Below are positions 42,110-49,668 of a DNA stretch of 64,000 nt, in pieces; position 1 is the stretch's first letter, and each line of letters begins with the position of its first letter. Below the pieces are notes generated by a model. The model did no database searches and had not been told where the DNA came from. It saw nothing but the letters and a program-made list of their open reading frames with translations. This DNA is from Ruminococcus flavefaciens (GTDB lineage Bacteria > Bacillota > Clostridia > Oscillospirales > Ruminococcaceae). Both the position numbers and the translations under genes were made by a program. The stretch is taken from contig CACWPR010000001.1 of the NCBI GenBank assembly GCA_902762855.1, positions 7,656 to 71,655 of the forward strand, in the 5' to 3' direction.

Positions 42110-42130
42110 AGTGTGTCACCGTGACACACT
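42110..42130. repeat. Palindrome copy 8 (centre C)
   Basis: Directly after TAA 42107-42109. Confidence 0.97.
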
Positions 42131-42134
42131 TGCA

Positions 42135-42205
42135 AAAGAAAACAGAGCAGACCGTCCAACACGCTAAAGGACACGTTCTGCTCTGCCACCAGACGAAAGT
42201 CTGAT
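42135..42205 (-). ncRNA. Candidate small antisense RNA
   Basis: - strand TTGACG-17-TATAAT (42212-42240), then CAGAGCAGA...TCTGCTCTG hairpin with U-tract ending just before copy 8. Confidence 0.5.
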
Positions 42206-42257
42206 ATAATCATTATATCTTACTCACAGGCTTTCGTCAAGTATCTGGAGGAAGAAA

Positions 42258-42698
42258 ATGGTATTTGTAAAAGTATTATATGCAGTTGCAATGATAATCT
42301 TCACTTACCGTCTACTGAATCGCAAGCGATGTACTGATCCCGAAGGAAATATAGAATTTATTTCAGTTTCTGAGGCAATTGAGGAAATGAACCGGACTAA
42401 GGAACAGCTTTCTTCAATTGAAGAAATGATAACCGACATAACGATTTGTTCCCCGGACGATCATAACAAGTACATCAGATGTGAGTGGGCAAACACTTTA
42501 GGTGAGTGTTTCAAGTATGATCTCTTCATTGACGGTAATGGAACAGTGTCAGATGAACTGCTCAGAATTGCTTATGCAGAGAGGTCAAGACTGCGTACCC
42601 TACTCCGTCAGCAGATCAGAAATCTTAATGACCGGTGTAACGAAAACTGTAACGAAAACTATGCGTTTTCATCGGGGGAGGGGTTAGATGATAAGTGA
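42258..42698 (+). CDS. Hypothetical protein
   Basis: GGAGG RBS; 146 aa. Confidence 0.65.
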   Translation: MVFVKVLYAVAMIIFTYRLLNRKRCTDPEGNIEFISVSEAIEEMNRTKEQLSSIEEMITDITICSPDDHNKYIRCEWANTLGECFKYDLFIDGNGTVSDELLRIAYAERSRLRTLLRQQIRNLNDRCNENCNENYAFSSGEGLDDK

Positions 42699-42996
42699 TA
42701 TTAAGTATTGTAAACGCTGCGGAGCAATGATCTCAGACATTAACAATACAGACTGGTACAGGCATATGAGCGTGAAATACTGTGAGATATGCCGCAAGGA
42801 ATCTGACCGGGAGAAAACAGCACTCCGGGTATATAATCTACGTCAGCGAAAGAAAGCAAAAGATAAACTCCGGGATGAGAAACTTGTCCTTATGGAGGAA
42901 AGGAATGAGCTGCTTGCAGAGGAGAACGTACTGCTCCGTCAGAGGTTAGTGCAGCTCCGGGAAAAGGTTCTTAGTAATGAGAGTGTGTCACGGTGA
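42688..42996 (+). CDS. CxxC/CxxC zinc-finger plus coiled-coil protein ending inside copy 9
   Basis: CKRC...CEIC; C-terminal SVSR* from the palindrome. Confidence 0.7.
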   Translation: MISDIKYCKRCGAMISDINNTDWYRHMSVKYCEICRKESDREKTALRVYNLRQRKKAKDKLRDEKLVLMEERNELLAEENVLLRQRLVQLREKVLSNESVSR

Positions 42997-43002
42997 CACA
43001 CT
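42982..43002. repeat. Palindrome copy 9 (centre G)
   Basis: Supplies TGA; followed by GGGAGG. Confidence 0.97.
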
Positions 43003-43018
43003 CAGGGAGGAAAGAATA

Positions 43019-43486
43019 ATGGATAATAATAAATGCGTACACGATGAATTAGCCAACGAAGGACTTGTGAACAAGCTCAGAAAGTTCAAGGAATATCTTC
43101 TTAACGATGATGTTCCAGAGTGGCAGCAGCTCATAGCAACTGCCGGATTTGTAATGGACGTTGTAAATGAGCTTAAATGGAAAGAACACACTGAATATCA
43201 CGGCACAAGCGAAAGGTGTGTTATGGAGGCTGATGATGTTTTCGATGAGATAATGGCAGCGGTCAACTATGAGCTTGAAAAGCCGTACTATAAAAAGCTC
43301 GATAGTATGTGGGATGATTGGAACAACAACAAAACAGGCAAATATGCAAAAATCAATACTATGCAGGAAATGCTTGATATTATCTGTGACTGCCTTGAAA
43401 TCGAATATCCCGGTCTTATAGAACTTGAAAAGAAATATTTCGGACTTAGTCTGAAAAGCGATGAAAACGAGGATGAATCACAATGA
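43019..43486 (+). CDS. Hypothetical protein (155 aa)
   Basis: GGGAGG RBS, ATG 43019. Confidence 0.7.
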   Translation: MDNNKCVHDELANEGLVNKLRKFKEYLLNDDVPEWQQLIATAGFVMDVVNELKWKEHTEYHGTSERCVMEADDVFDEIMAAVNYELEKPYYKKLDSMWDDWNNNKTGKYAKINTMQEMLDIICDCLEIEYPGLIELEKKYFGLSLKSDENEDESQ

Positions 43487-43743
43487 TATTCAAAGACTTA
43501 AAAGCGTGTCCGTTCTGCGGTTGTGAAGAATACTATGAAAGAAGTCGTATCAAAGGGTATGTTTTCTATCGTACTCGTTTTGATGGAGAAGAAACTGATA
43601 ATACCAATATGTACGATGCAACAACAACTATATCTAATGGGAAAGTTTATTGTTGCAACTGTGAACGTTACCTTGGCAACTTTATAACTGATACACTTGG
43701 CAAGAGTGCTGAGAAACAATTAATCAAGATGAAGGAGGAATGA
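43483..43743 (+). CDS. Zinc-ribbon hypothetical protein
   Basis: CPFCG...CCNC; ATGA overlap with the upstream gene. Confidence 0.65.
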   Translation: MIFKDLKACPFCGCEEYYERSRIKGYVFYRTRFDGEETDNTNMYDATTTISNGKVYCCNCERYLGNFITDTLGKSAEKQLIKMKEE

Positions 43744-43746
43744 CGT

Positions 43747-43986
43747 ATGACGAGATTTCCGGGACATTATAAAATAGACTGGATTTCAATAAAAGAACAG
43801 CAGCCTAAAGAAACAGGATACTATTTCTGTTGCCATAGTAACAAATTACCCAGTGGCAGCAGATACAGTATTGAGTTGTGGATAGCAAGCGGAAACGACT
43901 GGATACAGGGCACTCGCAATCGTGACAGTATTGAATACTGGGCATATCTTCCGGACTTGCCGGAGGGATTCAACGAAGAATGGTAA
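43747..43986 (+). CDS. DUF551-like phage-type small protein
   Basis: WISIKEQQP...YWAYLPDLP pattern. Confidence 0.6.
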   Translation: MTRFPGHYKIDWISIKEQQPKETGYYFCCHSNKLPSGSRYSIELWIASGNDWIQGTRNRDSIEYWAYLPDLPEGFNEEW

Positions 43987-43988
43987 TA

Positions 43989-44009
43989 AGTGTGTCACCG
44001 TGACACACT
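43989..44009. repeat. Palindrome copy 10 (centre C)
   Basis: Between TAATAA and the AGGAGG RBS of parB. Confidence 0.97.
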
Positions 44010-44021
44010 CAGGAGGAGAGT

Positions 44022-44960
44022 ATGGCAAAGATTGATTTTACAGCAATGAAAAACAGCCGTAAAGCTGCCGAAGATCAGATCGAGGATAATATCCCGGCAG
44101 AGCTTGAAGAAAGCTATACAAGCGTATGGGGCAGCAATAAAGAGAACATCATCTACATAGATACAACTCGTCTTATTCCTTTTGTAGACAAATACGGCAA
44201 TTCGCAGCCATTCAAGCTGAATGAAAAGAAAGTCAGCCAGATAGATGCAAGTGCAAAGGATATTGGCATAGTCACTCCGCTGACAGTCAGAGCTAAAGGA
44301 GATCTCTATGAGATAATCGCCGGACATCACAGACTTGCAGCTGCACAGCAGATAGGTCAGCTCAAAGTTCCTTGTATAGTCCGCAAGTACACAGACGAAG
44401 AAATGTACACAGTACTTGCTGAGAGTAACATCCAGAGGGACAGGACGCTGCCGAGCGAATACGGCAGAATCTTCGCCCGGTATATGGAAATCAGGGAGAG
44501 CGAGGACTTGACAGCTGAGGAAATAGCTGCGAAGTTCGATATATCAAAGAAAACGATGTACAGATATATCAATGTCAATTCTCTTATCTCTGAGCTTCAG
44601 GATATGACTGACAACAAGATCATAAATATCGGTGCCGTTGATACTATATCGCAGCTTTCTGAGGACGAGCAGACAGCTCTTGCAGCTGTTCTTGATGAAG
44701 AAAAGGTCATATTCTCAGTTGCAATGGCAAAGCAGCTCAGAACACTCTCAGATAACGCTGAGGGCGAACTAACAGAAGAAGATATAAGAACACTATTTGA
44801 GCATAAAAAAGCTGCACATAAGTCTGTGCAGCGATCAATAAGCGATTCTGTTGTGAATCGATACTTTATGCCCGATGCTTCTGACAAGGAAGTAGAGGAC
44901 ACCATAGCTAAAGCTCTTGAACTGTATTTCAATCAGTCTCACCGGAACGCAGACAATTGA
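44022..44960 (+). CDS. parB: ParB/Spo0J family protein
   Basis: PLTVR, YEIIAGHHRLAAA (GxxR box), ESNIQR, HTH TAEEIAAKFDISKKTMYRYI. Confidence 0.9.
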   Translation: MAKIDFTAMKNSRKAAEDQIEDNIPAELEESYTSVWGSNKENIIYIDTTRLIPFVDKYGNSQPFKLNEKKVSQIDASAKDIGIVTPLTVRAKGDLYEIIAGHHRLAAAQQIGQLKVPCIVRKYTDEEMYTVLAESNIQRDRTLPSEYGRIFARYMEIRESEDLTAEEIAAKFDISKKTMYRYINVNSLISELQDMTDNKIINIGAVDTISQLSEDEQTALAAVLDEEKVIFSVAMAKQLRTLSDNAEGELTEEDIRTLFEHKKAAHKSVQRSISDSVVNRYFMPDASDKEVEDTIAKALELYFNQSHRNADN

Positions 44961-45234
44961 TAAGCTCAATAACTGCTGCGACCTGCCTGTCACTCAGACC
45001 TTTGATTGATACCGTTGATGTTTCCTCGATACCAAGAAGGTAATCAGTTGAGACATTGAATTGCTTAGCCAAAGTTACGATATACTGCACTTGCGGAACG
45101 GATAGTCCCATTTCCCAGGCGTTCACACCTGAGCGTGAGATACCTAACCCTCTTGCAAGTGCAGCCTGTGTCAGACCGGATTTTTCACGCAGCATCCTGA
45201 TTTTGTCACCTAATGAGAATAATTCTTTTTCCAT
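44929..45234 (-). CDS. Xre-family HTH repressor
   Basis: LTQAALARGLGISRSGVNAWEMG...FNVSTDYLLG; GAGGTG RBS before ATG 45234. Confidence 0.88.
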   Translation of the reverse strand: MEKELFSLGDKIRMLREKSGLTQAALARGLGISRSGVNAWEMGLSVPQVQYIVTLAKQFNVSTDYLLGIEETSTVSIKGLSDRQVAAVIELINCLRSGETD

Positions 45235-45384
45235 AAACCATTCACCTCTACATATTATAATATAGTATGGCACTATGATTTTGCATTATCATAATGATAA
45301 TATTACTTGACATATTATTATAATTATTATATAATAATGAGGTCAAATATAAACATCTCGGTATAAGAAAGGTTGGATGTAATT

Positions 45385-46443
45385 ATGAATATCAGACACT
45401 TATCAGCACTTATAACAGCCATTGCCTTATCCGCCTCCTTTACGAGCTGCGGTGATAAGGATGATAGAAGCAGCTCAAAATCAAATGTTGTCGAGGCTAA
45501 GAATATCGAACCAAGCACGGTTGAAACAAGCAAAGACATTGAATCCACAACAGTAGACGATGTGATCCAGAAAGCTCTTGAGGAACAGGCAAACCGGGAA
45601 CACGACGGATATTACCTTATTGACTATGTTACTGTGAATTTCAAAGGATATGAACACGATTCAGAAGTTGAGGCAGTTGTCGATTGGGAGAGGCTTGCAA
45701 CCGATCTTGGCAATGATATAACTCCTGATTTTCTGGAACAGGTTTATCATATAAGTGTCCTGAATACAAAAGAAAATTCACTCGATCACGCCAAAGTTGA
45801 TGATCTTATCAATGGCGAGGAAGTTAATATTCATCTAAGCGAAAGGTCATTGCAGTCCTCATTCAAACAAAAGTACAGCAAAGAGCTTCAATTCTTAGAC
45901 GAGAACATCTGGGGTGATAATGACAATTATGCTGTTGTATCCGGACTTAAAACAAAAGTATTCCTTGAAAATGCAGCTGACGTTGACCCAAAGGCTGTAA
46001 ATGAGCTCTTTGAAGAAACAATGAGTACTATCAAGGAGTCTACTCAAAACTATACTGATACATTGCTTAATAATGGAAGTTCAGTAGATATAGATTTTGT
46101 TCTCGGCAGGAACAGCAAAATAACTGATGAAACCAGAAAGTGTAAAATCAATGATTATAAGGTCGAAAAAACATATTTGGCTACCAGAACAGCAGCAAGC
46201 TATAATGATGTAGCTGCAAGCGGTCTGCCGGGTAATATGATATTTAATATATACAAGCTGACAGCAGAACGCTATGGCAGCGGTGAGATATTTGAAATGT
46301 ACTATCGCACCGAGGTCGGAAATGTTTTATTTGAGGACGATAAAATGCTCATTGGCGATGAAGAAGTTAAAGTACAGTTTGCCGGATCAGCTGATGAACT
46401 TATGCCTGATAACAAGTACTGGGAAATTTCAGAAGTAAAGTAA
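45385..46443 (+). CDS. Lipoprotein of unknown function
   Basis: Lipobox-like FTSC; own TTGACA-17-TATAAT promoter at 45307-45335. Confidence 0.75.
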   Translation: MNIRHLSALITAIALSASFTSCGDKDDRSSSKSNVVEAKNIEPSTVETSKDIESTTVDDVIQKALEEQANREHDGYYLIDYVTVNFKGYEHDSEVEAVVDWERLATDLGNDITPDFLEQVYHISVLNTKENSLDHAKVDDLINGEEVNIHLSERSLQSSFKQKYSKELQFLDENIWGDNDNYAVVSGLKTKVFLENAADVDPKAVNELFEETMSTIKESTQNYTDTLLNNGSSVDIDFVLGRNSKITDETRKCKINDYKVEKTYLATRTAASYNDVAASGLPGNMIFNIYKLTAERYGSGEIFEMYYRTEVGNVLFEDDKMLIGDEEVKVQFAGSADELMPDNKYWEISEVK

Positions 46444-46463
46444 GTGTGTCACCGTGACACACT
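46443..46463. repeat. Palindrome copy 11 (centre C)
   Basis: Overlaps TAA; followed by AGGAGG. Confidence 0.97.
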
Positions 46464-46479
46464 CAGGAGGGAGTATATT

Positions 46480-46833
46480 ATGGCAGTTGTATTATTACCA
46501 TTCAAATTAATAGCGACAGTATTACTGTATATACTGAAAATCGTATTCAAGACGATTTCATTTATCGTGTTTGGCTGTTCTCTGCCATTTGTACTGCTTT
46601 CTGATATAATAGGTACAATTCTCGGACTGATCTCAGCCGTTGGTCTTGCAGGAATGTTTATATGTTGGCGGTTTGGAGATCTTGACGGAAAAACAGTCCT
46701 AATATGTGCCTTTACTTTTGGCATACTGAGTGCATTGTTTTTGGCAGCAGAAGATATAGCTGCTGCAATTGAAGAAAAGCTATCAGATGCCTCTGATTTC
46801 TTTGGCTATCTGATAGCTGATATGTGGACATAA
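46480..46833 (+). CDS. Small multi-TM membrane protein
   Basis: AGGAGG RBS, ATG 46480; hydrophobic. Confidence 0.7.
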   Translation: MAVVLLPFKLIATVLLYILKIVFKTISFIVFGCSLPFVLLSDIIGTILGLISAVGLAGMFICWRFGDLDGKTVLICAFTFGILSALFLAAEDIAAAIEEKLSDASDFFGYLIADMWT

Positions 46834-46894
46834 GAAAAAGCAGACCGTTATGGTCTGCTTTTCCCTTTGAAGTAGGTGGATTATGGCAACACTG

Positions 46895-47650
46895 TTAGTG
46901 TGTTATATCATCTTTGCTCTTATCATTATGCTGTTGCATAGGTTTTTCCGCAGCTTTTTCAGCAAAGGCTTTTTGTGTGGCTCTGGAGAAACTAAACTTG
47001 TAATTATTTATGAGTAAATTACTTTGTTGTTTTAATTCAGCAGAAAGTTTGGAAAAAACCGATTGTGGAATATCAGATAAGCTCTTTCCTTTTTCGATAT
47101 ATAAAACATCAGTATATATCGGTATGTCATTAGCTCTTGCCAGAATATGGGTTATAGAATAAACATTTGCACTCCTATCAAAGCAATCCTCATCTCTTAA
47201 GGATTCGACAGTAAAATATGCATCTGATTTTATGCCAGTTGGATTTTGTTTATTAAAGCAAAGAGTGAAATTCAAATCAGTTGAGCCGAATTTGTATGTT
47301 TGAGTTGATGTTGTTATGTCTTCAAGTAAGAAAGATTCTGAGGTGGCAAGATTAGAAATATTATTTATATGTTGGATTTTTCTTTTTGATAATTGAAACG
47401 GATGCTGAGCTGAAAAGAAAATCTGAGTTCCTTGCAGCTTACCATCAACGGCGAGTTTGTAGAAGCTCTTGGCAGACAGGTTACTTTCTACACCTGTTAA
47501 ATGTTTGAAGTTGGAGGTTTTGAACATTACCTCTATGTATCTGCCATCAAAGACATAGAGGAAGGTTTTTCCAACAAGTTTTTTCTTATATTGCTTGGCT
47601 GCAATGCAGATTTGTTTTGCAGCTTGCTTTCTGTCATTTAATTTACTCAT
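46895..47650 (-). CDS. PBECR4-like (BECR-fold) predicted ribonuclease
   Basis: YKKKLVGKTFLYV...IEVMFKTSNFKHLTG...FYKLA pattern recalled for PBECR4; charged C-terminal tail. Confidence 0.7.
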   Translation of the reverse strand: MSKLNDRKQAAKQICIAAKQYKKKLVGKTFLYVFDGRYIEVMFKTSNFKHLTGVESNLSAKSFYKLAVDGKLQGTQIFFSAQHPFQLSKRKIQHINNISNLATSESFLLEDITTSTQTYKFGSTDLNFTLCFNKQNPTGIKSDAYFTVESLRDEDCFDRSANVYSITHILARANDIPIYTDVLYIEKGKSLSDIPQSVFSKLSAELKQQSNLLINNYKFSFSRATQKAFAEKAAEKPMQQHNDKSKDDITH

Positions 47651-47661
47651 TTTATCATCCT

Positions 47662-47909
47662 AAAAAAATACCGGAAAACATAATAAGTAATCCGGTATTT
47701 TATATAATCATTTATAGGCGGTTTTCTGCTGGCTGTCAGCCGCAATACCCTTACGAGTATCAATAGTCAAAGGTATTTAAAGTCCCCTGAGCAGACTAAC
47801 TTTTCTCCCAAGTCAAGGCTTGATATTCACCTGAATATCTAAGAGTCTTAGCATTTAACCTGCCTAAGCACAGTACAGCTTATTGTGCCGCCACACAGAG
47901 ATTTCTCTC
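47662..47909 (-). ncRNA. Candidate structured ncRNA with intrinsic terminator upstream of the nuclease
   Basis: TTGACT-17-TATAAT (47916-47944, -); several hairpins closed by GGCGG/CCGCC; terminator stem 47666-47700 plus U-tract. Confidence 0.6.
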
Positions 47910-47994
47910 AATATTATTATACCCTTTGCTATGATAAAAGTCAATATGCTTAGAAAATATTTTTCTTTTACCTATTAAACAAGATAATCTGACA

Positions 47995-48015
47995 AGTGTG
48001 TCACCGTGACACACT
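47995..48015. repeat. Palindrome copy 12 (centre C on +)
   Basis: Overlaps the TAA of the - strand gene at 48015-48017. Confidence 0.97.
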
Positions 48016-48455
48016 TAATAATAATTTTTCGTAGCTTGTCTAATCATAAGGAAGGTATCCTTATTTTCAGGCTTAATATTCAGTCCGTCAAAGCTCTCAT
48101 TATGTGAATAGTAGTAATTACTTAAAGCCTCAGTCAAAGCCATTTCATCGGTGTTTTCAAAGTCACTAAGCATATCATTTATAGTCTGCTCAAATGTTGT
48201 ACAACATACGTTATCAGAGATAAAATAATCAATATCATCATAAGAATCAACAATGTTATAATTGATGTTATTATATGAGCCCTTTTGTATAGAGTAAACA
48301 TCTATTATTGCTTCATCAAAGAAACCAGAAAACATTTCAAGGTATTCCAAAGCAGAAACACCACAAAGAATTACATCATTTGTCATAACATTTTGCAGCC
48401 ATAGACGAGTTGAGATAAAATCCTTACGAGTTTTCGTCATCATATTATACTTCAT
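48015..48455 (-). CDS. Hypothetical protein, AbiEi-antitoxin-like (tentative)
   Basis: ILCGVSALEYL...TTFEQTINDML pattern; family call from recollection only. Confidence 0.5.
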   Translation of the reverse strand: MKYNMMTKTRKDFISTRLWLQNVMTNDVILCGVSALEYLEMFSGFFDEAIIDVYSIQKGSYNNINYNIVDSYDDIDYFISDNVCCTTFEQTINDMLSDFENTDEMALTEALSNYYYSHNESFDGLNIKPENKDTFLMIRQATKNYY

Positions 48456-48506
48456 CCTCTCTTTAAAGAGTTGTAAAATCTGCTATATCCACTTGAAAAG
48501 AAAACA

Positions 48507-48887
48507 TCATACAACGTCCCTCACCTCATTCTCTACGATATTGAATCTCTTAAATTCAGGAATTGAATTGTCATAGTATTCCTGAAGGAGATTAGGATTA
48601 TTAGTAATACTTGAATCAAGCAATGCACTTGTAGGGTACAGGACTTTTTCAAGTCTAAATGTTCTTAGATTGTCGTAGTCTGTACAGAGCGGAACATTAT
48701 TAATCCTACTGAGATAGTCGATCATTGCAAGGAGATATAAACTTTCAGCATACCATTTTTTATCGAAGTATTCATTTATAATATTTGACTTCAATATCTC
48801 GATAATAAACGATATATCGCCAATATCTTTAACTCTGTGGCATACGTTGCTTTTGAAAGTATCAAATGAACATCTGATGTCGCTCAT
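48507..48887 (-). CDS. Hypothetical protein
   Basis: GGAGG RBS; - strand TTGACT-17-TATAAT promoter upstream. Confidence 0.7.
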   Translation of the reverse strand: MSDIRCSFDTFKSNVCHRVKDIGDISFIIEILKSNIINEYFDKKWYAESLYLLAMIDYLSRINNVPLCTDYDNLRTFRLEKVLYPTSALLDSSITNNPNLLQEYYDNSIPEFKRFNIVENEVRDVV

Positions 48888-49091
48888 ACCACAATCCTCC
48901 TTTGCGTTTCGTTACTTATATTATATATTACATCCTCTCAATAGTCAACTCTAAAGCTGAATTTCCGTTCATAAAGGCGTACTAAAACAACTGAACGTCC
49001 GCAAACTAAAACAAGGCTTTTACGAACGCAAAAACCGCCCATTTCTGAGCGGTTTGAAAGCGTTCAAAAAGGTATACCTTTGCGAACGCTT

Positions 49092-49117
49092 AAAAGCTCC
49101 ATAAGAATGGAGCTTTT
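49092..49117. terminator. Bidirectional terminator
   Basis: AAAAGCTCC-ATAAGAAT-GGAGCTTTT. Confidence 0.75.
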
Positions 49118-49121
49118 ATGA

Positions 49122-49214
49122 TTATTTTATTATTCTCTTTATCTTGCAATCAATTGTAGCTAACGTTATTCCGCCAGCTACGCCGACAAGAATGCAAGCG
49201 ATTGTTGTGATCAT
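49122..49214 (-). CDS. 30-aa hydrophobic peptide, type I toxin-like (not in ORF track)
   Basis: MITTIACILVGVAGGITLATIDCKIKRIIK*; GGGAGG RBS; TTGACA-17-TATAAT at 49270-49298; terminator directly after stop. Confidence 0.7.
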   Translation of the reverse strand: MITTIACILVGVAGGITLATIDCKIKRIIK

Positions 49215-49440
49215 AGAAAGCCCCTCCCTTCTTTATATATTTTTTGTTACGTCTATATATTGTAATGCTATTATATCATAAAACAAACTAATTGTCAATA
49301 CTCAACAACAAAAAAGCTGGATTTTTCGTTTTTTCTGTATAATACTATACAAAACTTGACAAAAACAAATATAGCTGTAGTCTTTAATAGTACTTTTAAT
49401 AAACAAAAACCTGTGAGAAGATTCTTCACAGGTTTTTTAT

Positions 49441-49668
49441 TTAGATATTCAGGAACTTTTCGATAACGACCATTATTTCTTCCAGTCGTTTGTCACCGAT
49501 GCCTTTGATCTTGCTCAGCTCTGCTTGAAGTGCCGGGAGATCTATCGTTTTATCCTCGATGCCCATAAGCTCATCGCCGTATCGAAGGATGAACTTTGTA
49601 AGCTCCTCACGGTTCATCTTCTTAATCTTCTTATAGGTATCTCGATCAATTACTTCATTTTTGTCCAC
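49441..49668 (-). CDS. Small protein with C-terminal helix-hairpin-helix motif
   Basis: LSKIKGIGDKRLEEI; start overlaps stop of the upstream gene. Confidence 0.65.
   Translation of the reverse strand: MDKNEVIDRDTYKKIKKMNREELTKFILRYGDELMGIEDKTIDLPALQAELSKIKGIGDKRLEEIMVVIEKFLNI

Noticed and set aside
42636-42659. Tandem 12-bp repeat TGTAACGAAAAC x2
   Set aside because: In-frame two-copy duplication encoding CNENCNEN; no sign of phase variation or iteron function
38647-46479. ORF-track starts MCHGDT/MCHRDT at 38647, 38958, 40399, 42977 (MRVCHGDT) and 46444, plus short - strand ORFs ending SVSP/SVSR
   Set aside because: Artefacts of start-like codons in or beside the palindrome and of its built-in TGA; the real starts follow the downstream RBS
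49058-49091. GAAC/GTTC motifs as a LexA (Cheo) box
   Set aside because: Half-sites are in the opposite order (GTTC...GAAC) with the wrong spacing
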